From NCBI RefSeq assembly GCF_902652985.1, contig NC_047020.1, positions 31,992,001 to 32,056,000 of the forward strand: a DNA stretch of 64,000 nucleotides. The letters run 5' to 3'. This stretch comes from Pecten maximus (taxonomy: Eukaryota). The notes beneath the pieces were generated by a model. That model did not search any database. It was not told the DNA's origin and saw only the letters and a list, made by a program, of their open reading frames with translations. Positions 35,945 to 47,495 of the stretch are shown piece after piece. The position numbers and the translations under genes were made by a program. Numbering within the stretch: position 1 is the first letter of the stretch; the number at the start of each line of letters is the position of its first letter.

Positions 35945-36470
35945 TGATAGTACCCAAATCGGATCACCAAACGAACATTCTCTTCATTCGATCAAAAGGT
36001 GTTTCAAAATGCAAAATCAGCCACAGCTTAACTGAGTTACTTTTGTTAATAGTATTTTTAGAACGCTTTCCCGAATGCCAGTTTTCAATATTGTAGACTT
36101 CAAAATTTATTTTTGTAAGCCCATCACGATATTAGAATAATCTTAAAAATTTGAATAAAGAAATAAAGAAAACAAGTCTACCGTCTAAATTTTTGTCTTT
36201 CATCCCATAAATAATAATAAAAAAACACCCAAAACAAACAAATAAACTTTGGCTTACACGCACCATTTTTAACGACTTAACAAAAACTTTTTCTAGTGTC
36301 ATTGAATTCGTAAATTTAACAACAATTTATAGTACATTGTACATAGCCAATGATACAAATGGCTATGCATTCCAACTACACGTAATTTAAACTTTGAACA
36401 CAGTTGTTGGTAAAATGTTTTTGTCAAAAGTGATCCGTTTTGGGTACTGGCCCGATTTGGATACCGTCAC
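35945..36470. mobile_element. MITE
   Basis: Imperfect TIRs GTGATAGTACCCAAATCGG / CCGATTTGGATACCGTCAC. Confidence 0.6.
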
Positions 36471-36495
36471 TTTAAAATGGTATAATATACATGTA

Positions 36496-36654
36496 TGTAA
36501 CAGTGCGCAGGATTAATTAAATTTAAATCACTGTCTCCGCTAGGGATCAAACCCGGGACCTCTGGCTTACTAGTCTTACGCTCAACCGATCGAGCTAAAG
36601 AGAAGATCTCTCTAGCCGAGCGGTATATTGCGGCTAGTATTTACCAGGGTTACA
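36496..36654 (-). mobile_element. 159-bp solo LTR containing a tRNA-derived sequence (Helenus-type TRIM-like)
   Basis: TGTAAC...GTTACA termini and 4-bp TSD TGTA (36492-36495, 36655-36658). Internal tRNA-like segment 36532-36603 has A box TAGCTCGATCGG, AGT at the anticodon position and B box GGTTTGATCCC. The anticodon stem does not pair. Confidence 0.75.
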
Positions 36655-36666
36655 TGTATAACACCA

Positions 36667-37915
36667 CTGACGAGTCCTAGAGGGACTAAACAGCTGCGTG
36701 ATGTCCCTAACATCACTAAGAGTCCTCGAGGGACTAAACAGCTGTATGATGTCCCTAACATGACTGACGAGTCTTAGAGGGACTAAACATCTGCGTGATG
36801 TCCCTAACATCATTGACGAGTCCTAGAAGGACTAAACAGCTGCGTGATGTCCCTAACATCACTAAGAGTCATAGATGAACTAAACAGCTGTTTGATATCC
36901 CTAACATCACTGATGAGTCCTAGAAGGGCCAAACAGCTGTATGATGTCCCTAACATCACTGATGAGTCCTAGAAGGGCCAAACAGCTGTATGATGTCCCT
37001 AACATCACTGACGAGTCCTAGAAGGATTAAACAGCTGTATGATGTCCCTAACATCACTGATGAGTCCTAGAAGGACAAACAGCTGTATGATGTCCCGAAC
37101 ATCACTGACGAGTCCTAGAAGGACAAACAGCTGTATGATGTCCCTAACATCACTGACGAGTCCTAGAAGGACAAACAGCTGTATGATGTCCCTAACATCA
37201 CTGATGAGTCCTAGAAGGACAAACAGCTGTATGATGTCCCGAACATCACTGACGAGTCCTAGAAGGACCAAACAGCTGTATGATGTCCCTAACATCACTG
37301 ACGAGTCCTAGAAGGACAAACAGCTGTATGATGTCCCGAACATCACTGACGAGTCCTAGAAGGGCCAAACAGCTGTATGATGTCCCTAACATCACTGACG
37401 AGTCCTAGAAGGACAAACAGCTGTATGATGTCCCTAACATCACTGACGAGTCCTAGAAGGGCCAAACAGCTGTATGATGTCCCTAACATCACTGACGAGT
37501 CCTAGAAGGACAAACAGCTGTATGATGTCCCGAACATCACTGACGAGTCCTAGAAGGGCCAAACAGCTGTATGATGTCCCTAACATCACTGATGAGTCCT
37601 AGAAGGGCCAAACAGCTGTATGATGTCCCTGACATCAGTAAGAGTCCTAGATGGAATAAACAGCTGTATGATGTCCCTAACGTCACTGATGAGTCCTATA
37701 AGGGCCAAACAGATGTATGATGTCCCTAACATCACTGACGAGTCCTAGAAGGACTAAACAGCTGTATGATGACCCTAACACCATTGATGAGTCCTAGAAG
37801 GACTAAACAGCTGTATGATGTTCTTAACATCACTGATGAGTCCTAGAAGGACTAAACAACTGTATGATGTCCCTAACATCACTGACGAGTCCTAGAAGGA
37901 CTAAACAGCTGTATG
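36667..37915 (+). repeat. 48-49-bp minisatellite (~26 copies) with hammerhead-ribozyme-like unit
   Basis: Unit CTGAYGA-GTCC-TAGAA-GGAC-(T/C/-)AA-ACAGCTGT-A-TGATGT-CCCTA-ACATCA. Confidence 0.9.
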
Positions 37916-38499
37916 ATTCAAGCCAAATTGATTTTACTGTCTCCAACTCTCAATTTGTAATTTTGTTTTGGTATTTGCTAATATCATGTGTCTTTTGTGT
38001 CATCAAACTCAACATGAACTGGAATAATCCCACTGGCCACAATAGTCACTGAAAGATACAGCCTCCTTAACTTAAGGTCAAATCTCAATTATATTTCCCT
38101 TACATTTGTCATTGTTTACCAATCTACAGACAACACATGGATCATGATAAATCAAGATCAAACATAAACAAGGAAAAAGGATGTCCTGAATAGAGGGACA
38201 TCAAGCGGAAACTGATTCCCTGATGTAAAACGTTACATTTTTCTGTTATTTTTTTTTCTATATTTTTCAGATGTAGCTCATTACAGGGAAGGATATTAAA
38301 ACGAAAGTATTGTATGAACTTTGTAAAGTATATTAGCAATTCTATGTAGGTGTGGTGTTTTTAGACCCTCTGTCTTCATAGGCCCAATGTTTCGTATGGC
38401 GTAATTAGTGATTTTTGTTTTAGACCCACTACTTTAGTACATAGATGTTTTGTTCTAGGCCAACTGCCTTAGCACAGATGATTACTGAAGAGGATTTTT

Positions 38500-39420
38500 T
38501 ATTTCAGGCCCACTACCTTAGTACAGAGGGTTTTTATTCTAGGCTCGCTGTATTAGTACAGAGGGTTTTTATTCTAGGCCTACTGCATAAGTACAGAGGG
38601 GTTTTATTCTAGGCCCGCTGCATAAGTACAGAGGGTTTTTATTCTAGGCCCGCTGCATAAGTACAGAGGGGTTTTATTCTAGGCCCGCTGTATTAGTACA
38701 GAGGGTTTTTATTCTAGGCCTACTGCATAAGTACAGAGGCTTTTTATTCTAGGCCTGCTGCATAAGTACAGAGGCTTTTTATTCTAGGCCCGCTGCATAA
38801 GTACAGAGGGTTTTTATTCTAGGCCAGCTGCATAAGTACAGAGGCTTTTTATTCTAGGCCCGCTGCATAAGTAAAGAGGCTTTTTATTCTAGGCCTGCTG
38901 TATTAGTACAGAGGGTTTTTATTCTAGTCCCGCTGTATTAGTACAGAGGGTTTTTATTCTAGGCCTACTGCATAAGTACAGAGGCTTTTTATTCTAGACC
39001 CGCTGCATAAGTACAGAGGGTTTTTATTCTAGGCCCGCTGTATTAGTACAGAGGGTTTTTATTCTAGGCCTGCTGCATAAGTACAGAGGGTTTTTATTCT
39101 AGGCCAGCTGCATAAGTACAGAGGCTTTTTATTCTAGGCCCGCTGCATAAGTAAAGAGGCTTTTTATTCTAGGCCCGCTGTATTAGTACAGAGGGTTTTT
39201 ATTCTAGTCCCGCTGTATTAGTACAGATGGTTTTTATTCTAGGCCTGCTGCATAAGTACAGAGGGTTTTTATTCTAGGCCCGCTGCATAAGTACAGAGAG
39301 TTTTGTTCTATACCTGCTGCATTAATACAGATGATTTTTAGTCAAGGCCTGCTGCATTAACATAGGATTTATTGTTATAGGCCCACTTCTTTAGTAAAGA
39401 GGATTTCTGTTCCTGGCCCG
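38500..39420. repeat. 35-bp minisatellite
   Basis: Unit GTACAGAGGGTTTTTATTCTAGGCCCGCTGCATAA. Confidence 0.95.
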
Positions 39421-41230
39421 CTGATGTCATAAAGAGTTACTGTTTTTTAGGCCAACTCCCATTGTATAAAGTGTTTTGTAGGCTCAGAACCATCAAATAC
39501 AGTTTTTCCAAGTCTACTACCTTCATGCATAAGAGTCATCCCCATTCACTGCCGTACAAAACTGCTATGTACACACATTGCCCTTATTTGTCATCTATCT
39601 ACTAAATTGGATAAAATTCGTTTTAGTCAAGACATTCATTGCAAAATGACAACAATGTATAAACTGCGGTCATCATTTGGATCAATTGCTCTTCGACACA
39701 GGGATAGGCTTTTGCGAAGAACAATTATACCTCGCCCTTCACCGAAAAATACAGCACGAGGATCCGGAACGCTTAATCCTGAAAATCCCAATAAATCCTG
39801 AATGGGAAACAGTAATTCTTGTTCCTCTTTTGTCTTGGTGTACTCTTGTCATCTACATTAATAATATGCTATATAGAGCTGTGTCCTACGTACGTCTTTG
39901 GGAAATGTCCACTTAAAATGTTCGGGTTATTGATTAAGTGTTCTCTTAAGATGACAACACATGCCACCATTAGATGTCAATAACGTTAACCTGACCTCCG
40001 AAGTGTTTATTGTTCTACTTTAATCCTTTTAACTTCCGGGTTGAACGGTAAACATTTTAGAACATGTGTGACCCAATGAACCTGTTATAAGATAGAACCA
40101 GTTGTTTAGCTTTGCATCGAATTGATGTTGAACAGTACACATTGTTTATTTACTCATCAATTACATGCTATTTAGGATACTACAGCTGTAATTTATTATT
40201 AGCTTATAATTGCTTTTATCTCTGACTCTGTTGGTCTTTTGATAAATGTAAATTTGATGTTGGTTGTTGTCCTGACCCGATTGGATTATTGTCGTGACGT
40301 CATAAATTGTAGTAAATTCACCATCTAGGGTTAGGGTTAAAAGAGAAATGAATAATCTTTTCGGAAGAGGAAGGGACAGTAGTAGGGTCATAAAGGAAAA
40401 TTTGAAATAATTTTAGTTTGAAATAATGTTGTTGTTTATTCTTTAAATATACGAATCTATATCATATATAGTAACATCATACGTATATTTGTGAATTCGC
40501 ACATTTACTTTGTATTAGGTTTTGTCTCTCAAGCGTTACGTCTACTGTTGATCTCGGTCTGAAATGTCTTTTAATTGTATTACCACTGAGTTTTACAAAA
40601 AAGTTTTATTGTAAACATTTCAAACATTTCTAAACAGTGAAAACAATACATTTTGTATGTGTATAATAATTTTTCGTAATAGGCTAGTGAATCATTTACG
40701 GTATACATGATACAAACATGTATAAATATACATATATATATATAACTTGCCGTAATAGGCTTGTGAATCATTTACGTTATATCAATATATATATGAAATA
40801 ACTTGTCGTAATAGGCTCTATACAAATTTTCCTGTTCACAAACACTAATATTATATCATATTGATATTAAAAGGAAACTATTTGGATTTGTTTTCATCTC
40901 TCTTCTTGATCATTTCCGGATCACCAAACGTTCATTCGAAATATGTCCTCGTAGACCACGTGACATTTCCGTGTCTGTGCAATTTCTGGTGATTAGATGT
41001 GCTGATTGTGCTATTGTATACAAAGCAATGAAAGAACCAGTTTTCTAAACATGCCAACACATCTGTAGATATTGGTGTGAAGAAATGGTAATAAATAAAT
41101 CAACATGAAGATATTCCCTACTTTAACACTGGTCCTACCGAATCACTCTGACAAAATCCATGACGTTTATTACAGGTATTATTATCATTATTATCAACGG
41201 GTTTAATCTCGGCTATTACGACCTGTGAAC

Positions 41231-41650
41231 GAGAGAGGAGAAGAGAATTGGTATAGTACGGTAAGAAAGGGAGATAGAGAGAGGAGAAGAGAATTGGTAT
41301 AGTAAGGTAAGAAAGGGAGATAGAGAGAGGAGAAGAGAATTGGTATAGTACGGTAAGAAAGGGAGATAGAGAGAGGAGAAGAGAATTGGTATAGTACGGT
41401 AAGAAAGGGAGATAGAGAGAGGAGAAGAGAATTGGTATAGTACGGTAAGAAAGGGAGATAGAGAGAGGAGAAGAGAATTGGTATAGTACGGTAAGAAAGG
41501 GAGATAGAGAGAGGAGAAGAGAATTGGTATAGTACGGTAAGAAAGGGAGATAGAGAGAGGAGAGGAGAATTGGTATAGTACGGTAAGAAAGGGAGATAGA
41601 GGAGAGGAGAATTGGTATAGTACGGTAAGAAAGGGGGATAGAGAAAGGAG
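41231..41650. repeat. 46-bp purine-rich minisatellite (~9 copies)
   Basis: Unit GAGAGAGGAGAAGAGAATTGGTATAGTACGGTAAGAAAGGGAGATA. Confidence 0.95.
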
Positions 41651-41699
41651 ACTGGGAAGTCGTCCTAAAATACATCTATGATTTTGAAAAGGCAACTCC

Positions 41700-41881
41700 T
41701 TATCCAAAACGTTTCCCCATCCTTACTCTGCCTAAGCCTAACAGCTGGGCCGCGTTTTCACGCCTTCTCTTTCTTGAATACCACAGAGGGTCTATTTCTT
41801 GTGGGTTGGACATTCCCATACGGGCCGACGTTTTAAGTCCTATCCGGCGGACTGGGGATTCGTCGTTATTGTTGTTAGAGA
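41700..41881 (-). CDS. Candidate terminal exon of a neuropeptide-precursor-like protein
   Basis: After CCCTAG|: SNNNNDESPVRRIGLKTSARMGMSNPQEIDPLWYSRKRRRENAAQLLGLGRVRMGKRFG*, with basic cleavage sites and a G-KR amidation signal. No upstream exon or signal peptide identified. Confidence 0.3.
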
Positions 41882-41882
41882 C

Positions 41883-42169
41883 TAGGGATTTATAGGGATT
41901 TAGAGGGATTTATAGGGATTTATAGGGATTTAGAGGGATTTATAGGGATTTAGAGGGATTTATAGGGATTTATAGGGATTTATAGGTAGGGATTTATAGG
42001 GATTTATAGGTAGGGATTTATAGGGATTTATAGGGATTTAGAGGGATTTATAGGGATTTAGAGGGATTTATAGGTAGGGATTTATAGGGATTTATAGGGA
42101 TTTATAGGTAGGGATTTATAGGGATTTATAGGGATTTAGAGGGATTTAGAGGGATTTATAGGGATTTAT
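41883..42169. repeat. 10-bp G-rich repeat (TAGGGATTTA)n
   Basis: About 27 units with GAGGG and TAGGTAGGG variants. Confidence 0.95.
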
Positions 42170-42339
42170 ATTTGTTGTCCTTTCACGATATCCTACTCTA
42201 ACACAATGTCATGTTGTATACATATCAACTGTTCAAAATGTCCACTCTCTGATGTAACCACTCTGTGACTTCCGTTTGTCTAACGTGCCGACAGTTTTAT
42301 TTTATCTAATAGTGAATTACACATTGTGAATGTTAGTAG

Positions 42340-42595
42340 AGGGGGTCATGTGACATTAAAAAGGCGGGATTATTTTGTGTTGGTGTAGTTTTTTTCAAAG
42401 TTGACGAAATGGTAAGGCAATGTAAATATACGTATTGAACAGTGGTTTTAATGTTGTTATAGTCAATATGACAGCAAGATGTATGATGGGCAAATGTAGC
42501 ATGGGAACCCTAACGGGTTCCCATGCCATTTGCCCACCAAACATCTTGCTGCCATATCGACTATAACAACATTAAAACCACTGTTCATTGCTTAA
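42340..42595. mobile_element. Fold-back element, copy 1 (~150-bp palindrome)
   Basis: TGAACAGTGGTTTTAATGTTGTTATAGTC...GGGAACCC-TAAC-GGGTTCCC...GACTATAACAACATTAAAACCACTGTTCA. A homologue lies inverted at 54340-54606. Confidence 0.8.
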
Positions 42596-42659
42596 ATGGA
42601 AGAAAGTTCAAAGTGAAGAAAAAAGTGATTGTTTCCAATTGCTAGGCGTAGAGAAGTAG

Positions 42660-43980
42660 TCATGATAGTATGAGATAGGTGATAGGACAGGCTTAAGGTA
42701 TGGGGAAGAGAAGGTTCCTTTACTTTAAATGGACGGGGAGGTACCTGCTGCTGTGATGGTATGAGATGGGTGATAGGACAGGCTTAAGAAGGTATGGGGA
42801 AGAGAAGGTTCCTTTACTTTAAATGGACGGGGAGGTACCTGCTGCTGTGATGGTATGAGATGGGTGATAGGACAGGCTTAAGGTATGGGGAAGAGAAGGT
42901 TCCTTTACTTTAAATGGACGGGGAGGTACCTGCTGCTGTGATGGTATGAGATGGGTGATAGGACAGGCTTAAGGTATGGGGAAGAGAAGGTTCCTTTACT
43001 TTAAATGGACGGGGAGGTAACTGCTGCTGTGATGGTATGAGATGGGTGATAGGACAGGCTTAAGAAGGTATGGGGAAGAGAAGGTTCCTTTACTTTAAAT
43101 GGACGGGGAGGTACCTGCTGCTGTGATGATATGAGATGGGTGATAGGACAGGCTTAAGAAGGGATGGGGAAGAGAAGGTTCCTTTACTTTAAATGGACGG
43201 GGAGGTACCTGCTGCTGTGATGATATGAGATGGGTGATAGGACAGGCTTAAGAAGGGATGGGGAAGAGAAGGTTCCTTTACTTTAAATGGACGGGGAGGT
43301 AACTGCTGCTGTGATGGTATGAGATGGGTGATAGGACAGGCTTAAGAAGGTATGGGGAAGAGAAGGTTCCTTTACTTTAAATGGACGGGGAGGTACCTGC
43401 TGCTGTGATGATATGAGATGGGTGATAGGACAGGCTTAAGAAGGGATGGGGAAGAGAAGGTTCCTTTACTTTAAATGGACGGGGAGGTACCTGCTGCTGT
43501 GATGATATGAGATGGGTGATAGGACAGGCTTAAGAAGGTATGGGGAAGAGAAGGTTCCTTTACTTTAAATGGACGGGAAGGTACCTGCTGCTGTGATGGT
43601 ATGAGATGGGTGATAGGACAGGCTTAAGAAGGTATGGGGAAGAGAAGGTTCCTTTACTTTAAATGGACGGGAAGGTACCTGCTGCTGTGATGGTATGAGA
43701 TAGGTGATAGGACAGGCTTAAGAAGGTATGGGGAAGAGAAGGTTCCTTTACTTTAAATGGACGGGAAGGTACCTGCTGCTGTGATGGTATGAGATGGGTG
43801 ATAGGACAGGCTTAAGAAGGTATGGGGAAGAGAAGGTTCCTTTACTTTAAATGGACGGGAAGGTACCTGCTGCTGTGATGGTATGAGATGGGTGATAGGA
43901 CAGGCTTAAGAAGGGATGGGGAAGAGAAGGTTCCTTTACTTTAGATGGAAGAGGAGGGTACCTGCTGCTGTGATGGTATG
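42660..43980. repeat. 91/94-bp tandem repeat (~14 copies)
   Basis: Unit TGATGGTATGAGATGGGTGATAGGACAGGCTT(AAG)AAGGTATGGGGAAGAGAAGGTTCCTTTACTTTAAATGGACGGGGAGGTACCTGCTGCTG. Confidence 0.95.
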
Positions 43981-44239
43981 GTGTAAATGTATCTTAGAAA
44001 ACGGACCTCCAGTCCCGTGTCTGTTAAGTGACTGGATGGTTTGATAACCAACGAGTATGTGGATAGCTACTCTCGGGGTGGGTAACCAAGTCAGTCTGCA
44101 TAATTGTATCGTCCAATGTGTTGTGCCAGACTCCTGGTATTCCTATACTGCGTTCCTCGTGGGTCCTAGTCAACATTATCTGTATATTATATCTAGCAGT
44201 TGTCGAGTGCGGTATGCATACTTTTCAAACGTCTATAGT

Positions 44240-45370
44240 ACTCTTATAGAACGACTAGCTGGTGATACATTACGCTGGATCCAATCCTTCCTGAGAGAAC
44301 AACGATAGTGACATTGGATCAACTGTATAGGACGACAAAACCTTCGGGGTTCCTCAAGGGTCCAATCTGGGACCAAGAAAATACTGTCTTTAAAATCAAT
44401 CGGGAAAATTTATCGTCGACATAGCCTTCAGTACCATTGTTATGCCAACGACACGCAGATTTACATGGTGATCAGACCCAAGGACAACTCGAACGCAATA
44501 ACAGCAAGCCGAAAGGCATGAACTCCAATAAGCTAAATCAGGAAAAGACAGAACTAAATGTAATAGTCTTTTCCCATAACTGTCAGCACACTTAAGATCT
44601 CCACGTAAAGGTTGGTGCCCAAACTATTGAGGCAGTCCAAGCTGTGAGATACCTTGGTGTAAACTTTTATAGCTCTGTGAACATGGAAACAAACGTAAAC
44701 ACTATCGAAAGTATCTGTTATTACCAAATCAGGAACATTGGGTGTATCTGGCAGTTCATCACCACAGATGTATGCAAGACATTGGTACATTCGTTTGTTA
44801 CTTCTCGATTAGACTTTGGTAATGCCTTGCTCTTTGGTGAATCTGATGCACTGATTAGAACATTGCAGCATGCCTGGTGCTTTATTCGTTGCATTTGTTA
44901 CCTATGCGTTTCAGGTCACAGCACAAGATTTTGATGTACGTACGCATAAATGGAACAGCTCCAGAGAATTTACAGGAAGTTGTCACTCTCTACCAGCCGT
45001 CACGATCACTACGATTGTAAACAAAATCCTTGTTATGCGTTCCAAACTCTCGTACGATGACTTATGGTACCCGATGATCTGGAAAGGCAGTGACCACTTT
45101 ATGGAATAGATTACCGCCTGTTACTAGGAAGTCGAAAACCCTGACTAAGTTCAAGAAGGTTAAAACTCATTTGCTTACGTGTGCTTTTTAGAGTCTCTTC
45201 CAGAGGTCGTGTACATGTTATCACATAACTGCTCGAGTCTAAATGTCGTTTATATATGTTCTGTACTTTTGAGTAACGCTAGGAATAAAATGAAAATGTT
45301 ATACATGTATTTTGTAATGTGAAGCGCATCAGAGTAACTTTACAAATTAGATAGTACGCTGTATAAATGT
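44240..45370 (+). pseudogene. L2/CR1-group LINE RT remnant
   Basis: LRWIQSFL, GVPQGSNLGP, YANDTQIY, RYLGV, KTLVHSFVTSRLDFGNALL across broken frames. Confidence 0.85.
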
Positions 45371-45839
45371 TGTACATGTATGTAATCACTATTATAACTC
45401 GGATCCCCGGGGGTACGTAACTGAATATTTTGACTAGAAAAGCCACGTTACTTGAAGTAGAGAATATACAACTCGGTTATATACCCAGGGGTGACACAAC
45501 TGCTCTGGTGTCATATAATGTATCAGTTAACGGATAGTCAGTAGGCAACGATCCTGGTACAGTCCCTTCGGGTACCTCGGTAACCTAGCTAGTGTGTTAT
45601 ATTGTAGCTGTGCCATAGCGTCATACGCCTCGAATCTCCTGTCAGATACCATTACCTGTGTATTCCGATATATTCTAGGTAAATGATTTAAGATATTTTA
45701 GCGTACGGTAAGTGGCGATTCTCCGTTTCCCCAGTGGGACTAGTAATTGATTTGTTTGAAGCTATAGCGATTTTATTTTTATTTAATTCTTGTAAACAAT
45801 TCTGCTGTAGCAGTTGTAAGTTTCTAGTATGAAAAAATA

Positions 45840-46330
45840 CAGAAAGGACATTTTGGCTGTTGTTGTTTCTTAATGATACTGATAGTACAGTTTAATTTAG
45901 TTTTATCTGGTCTAAGTCTAGATATGATGACATCATCTTAGTTATTGTGGCCATATAATTTTGTCTTCTTAAAAGGGGTTTCGATCATTTGCCGGAGGTG
46001 ATTATTATGATTTTTTACCCAATTATTATTTCATTTTAGAATAATTTTTTTTTGTAAGTTTTACATCTATACCGATTTCGCCATGTGTCCCTGGCTAGTT
46101 CATCAGCTTTTTCGTTACCTTGGATATCTACATGATACGACACATCTGCGTTTTGTAATAAACATAATACGGACTTTAAGGCGACATGTCTGGCACTATT
46201 TCTGGTTTCTATAAACCGAAGAGCAGAAAGACCCTCTGAGAGTATGATTACGTTTATAGAAAGGATATAATCTTCTCGCAAAAAAAGGCAGAACTGCTCT
46301 AGGGCGTAGTATTACAGAAAATATCACAAA
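45840..46330 (-). pseudogene. RNase H fragment of an I/Nimb-group LINE
   Basis: HVDIQGNEKADELA motif. Confidence 0.6.
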
Positions 46331-46559
46331 CAAAATGTCGTGACGGGAAAGGGATGTATGTCAGCATCAAATATTGCGTATGATGTGTGATGAAAAACAC
46401 AGGAAGTTGATTTATCATCAAATTAAGATAAAAATAAATAATGACTTCGATCTTATATCGATTGAATAGTGATACTTCGAAGCGTAAAGTACTTGTTTAC
46501 CGTAAAAACCGGAATTAAGGATTAACGTTGTATCAATCAACATCCAGGCTGAGGTCAGA

Positions 46560-46735
46560 AGGAAGTCACGTGCTGGAGATGACATGTACATCTCGGTATA
46601 AGAGGGCACGTGCTCACACCATCGGGCAAGTCTAAGTGGAGATTTCCAACGACAATGGTTATTACAAATTCGTAAAACAAAGATTTAGCGCACAACGAGA
46701 GTTCCTCGATCAATTTCTCAGGATCATCAGTAAGT
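46560..46735 (+). promoter_or_regulatory. Probable GPCR promoter and non-coding first exon
   Basis: GTCACGTG (46565), TATAAGAG (46597), CACGTG (46607), donor CA|GTAAGT at 46730, and acceptor TTTTAG| at 47471 before the ATG. Confidence 0.5.
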
Positions 46736-47495
46736 TTTCTCAGTTTTTATTTTATCTCGACATATTATTTCCTGTTGTCTTATCCTTTTGTAACAAAAAT
46801 ATGTCGTCAATTTGCATAATTTTATCACTAATTACGTAATTGCGTCGTGTATTTTGTGGTCGACATCATGATACCAGCTGGAATTATGTCCGTATGCGAT
46901 GTTGATATACCTAGTAGTTTCGTTATCATCGCCCTTCACCTCATTTCAAGAATGTGACACAACCCGTTTTATCGATTATTACTTGGAATTCTTGTTTTTT
47001 AACAACAATATACATGGAATTAAACATAATGATCAAATAAATTAAGGTTCATGCATGTATTACTTCTAGGTTTGATATTTACAACCGTTACTTTGTTTTC
47101 TTATCCTAAATGTGAGCTGGACAAATTTTTTTGTCGACTGGAAAGATGTTTCTGATAGCTTAGTGTATATATTATATTCCAATCTGATAAAATGAACATT
47201 TATCACATAAACTTCCTGCTATCCAGCTTGATCAAATCCTCCAAATTATTTATGTCTTTAAAACCTGTCAAAATGTAAGCTTTCTGCGTTATGTGATAAA
47301 AAGTATCTTAAATGCTCGTCTCATAAAATGAGACTTTCGCCAAGACTTGAAGAAAAAAATAAAATAAATCTAAGACTCGTTTCATAGAATCACATTATGA
47401 AATGAAACCCAATTTAAAACCCTATATATTTGAAACCTGTGTTTTATGATAACATCTCTTGTATGTTTTAGGATTCACCGACTGTACATCACGAT

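Noticed and set aside
36532-36603. Functional tRNA-Thr gene
   Set aside because: The anticodon stem cannot pair, the T-loop is mutated, and it is embedded in an LTR-like unit.
40305-40410. VKREMNNLFGRGR peptide-like frame and TAGGGTTAGGGTT
   Set aside because: Too short and without supporting exon context; two telomeric units can occur by chance.
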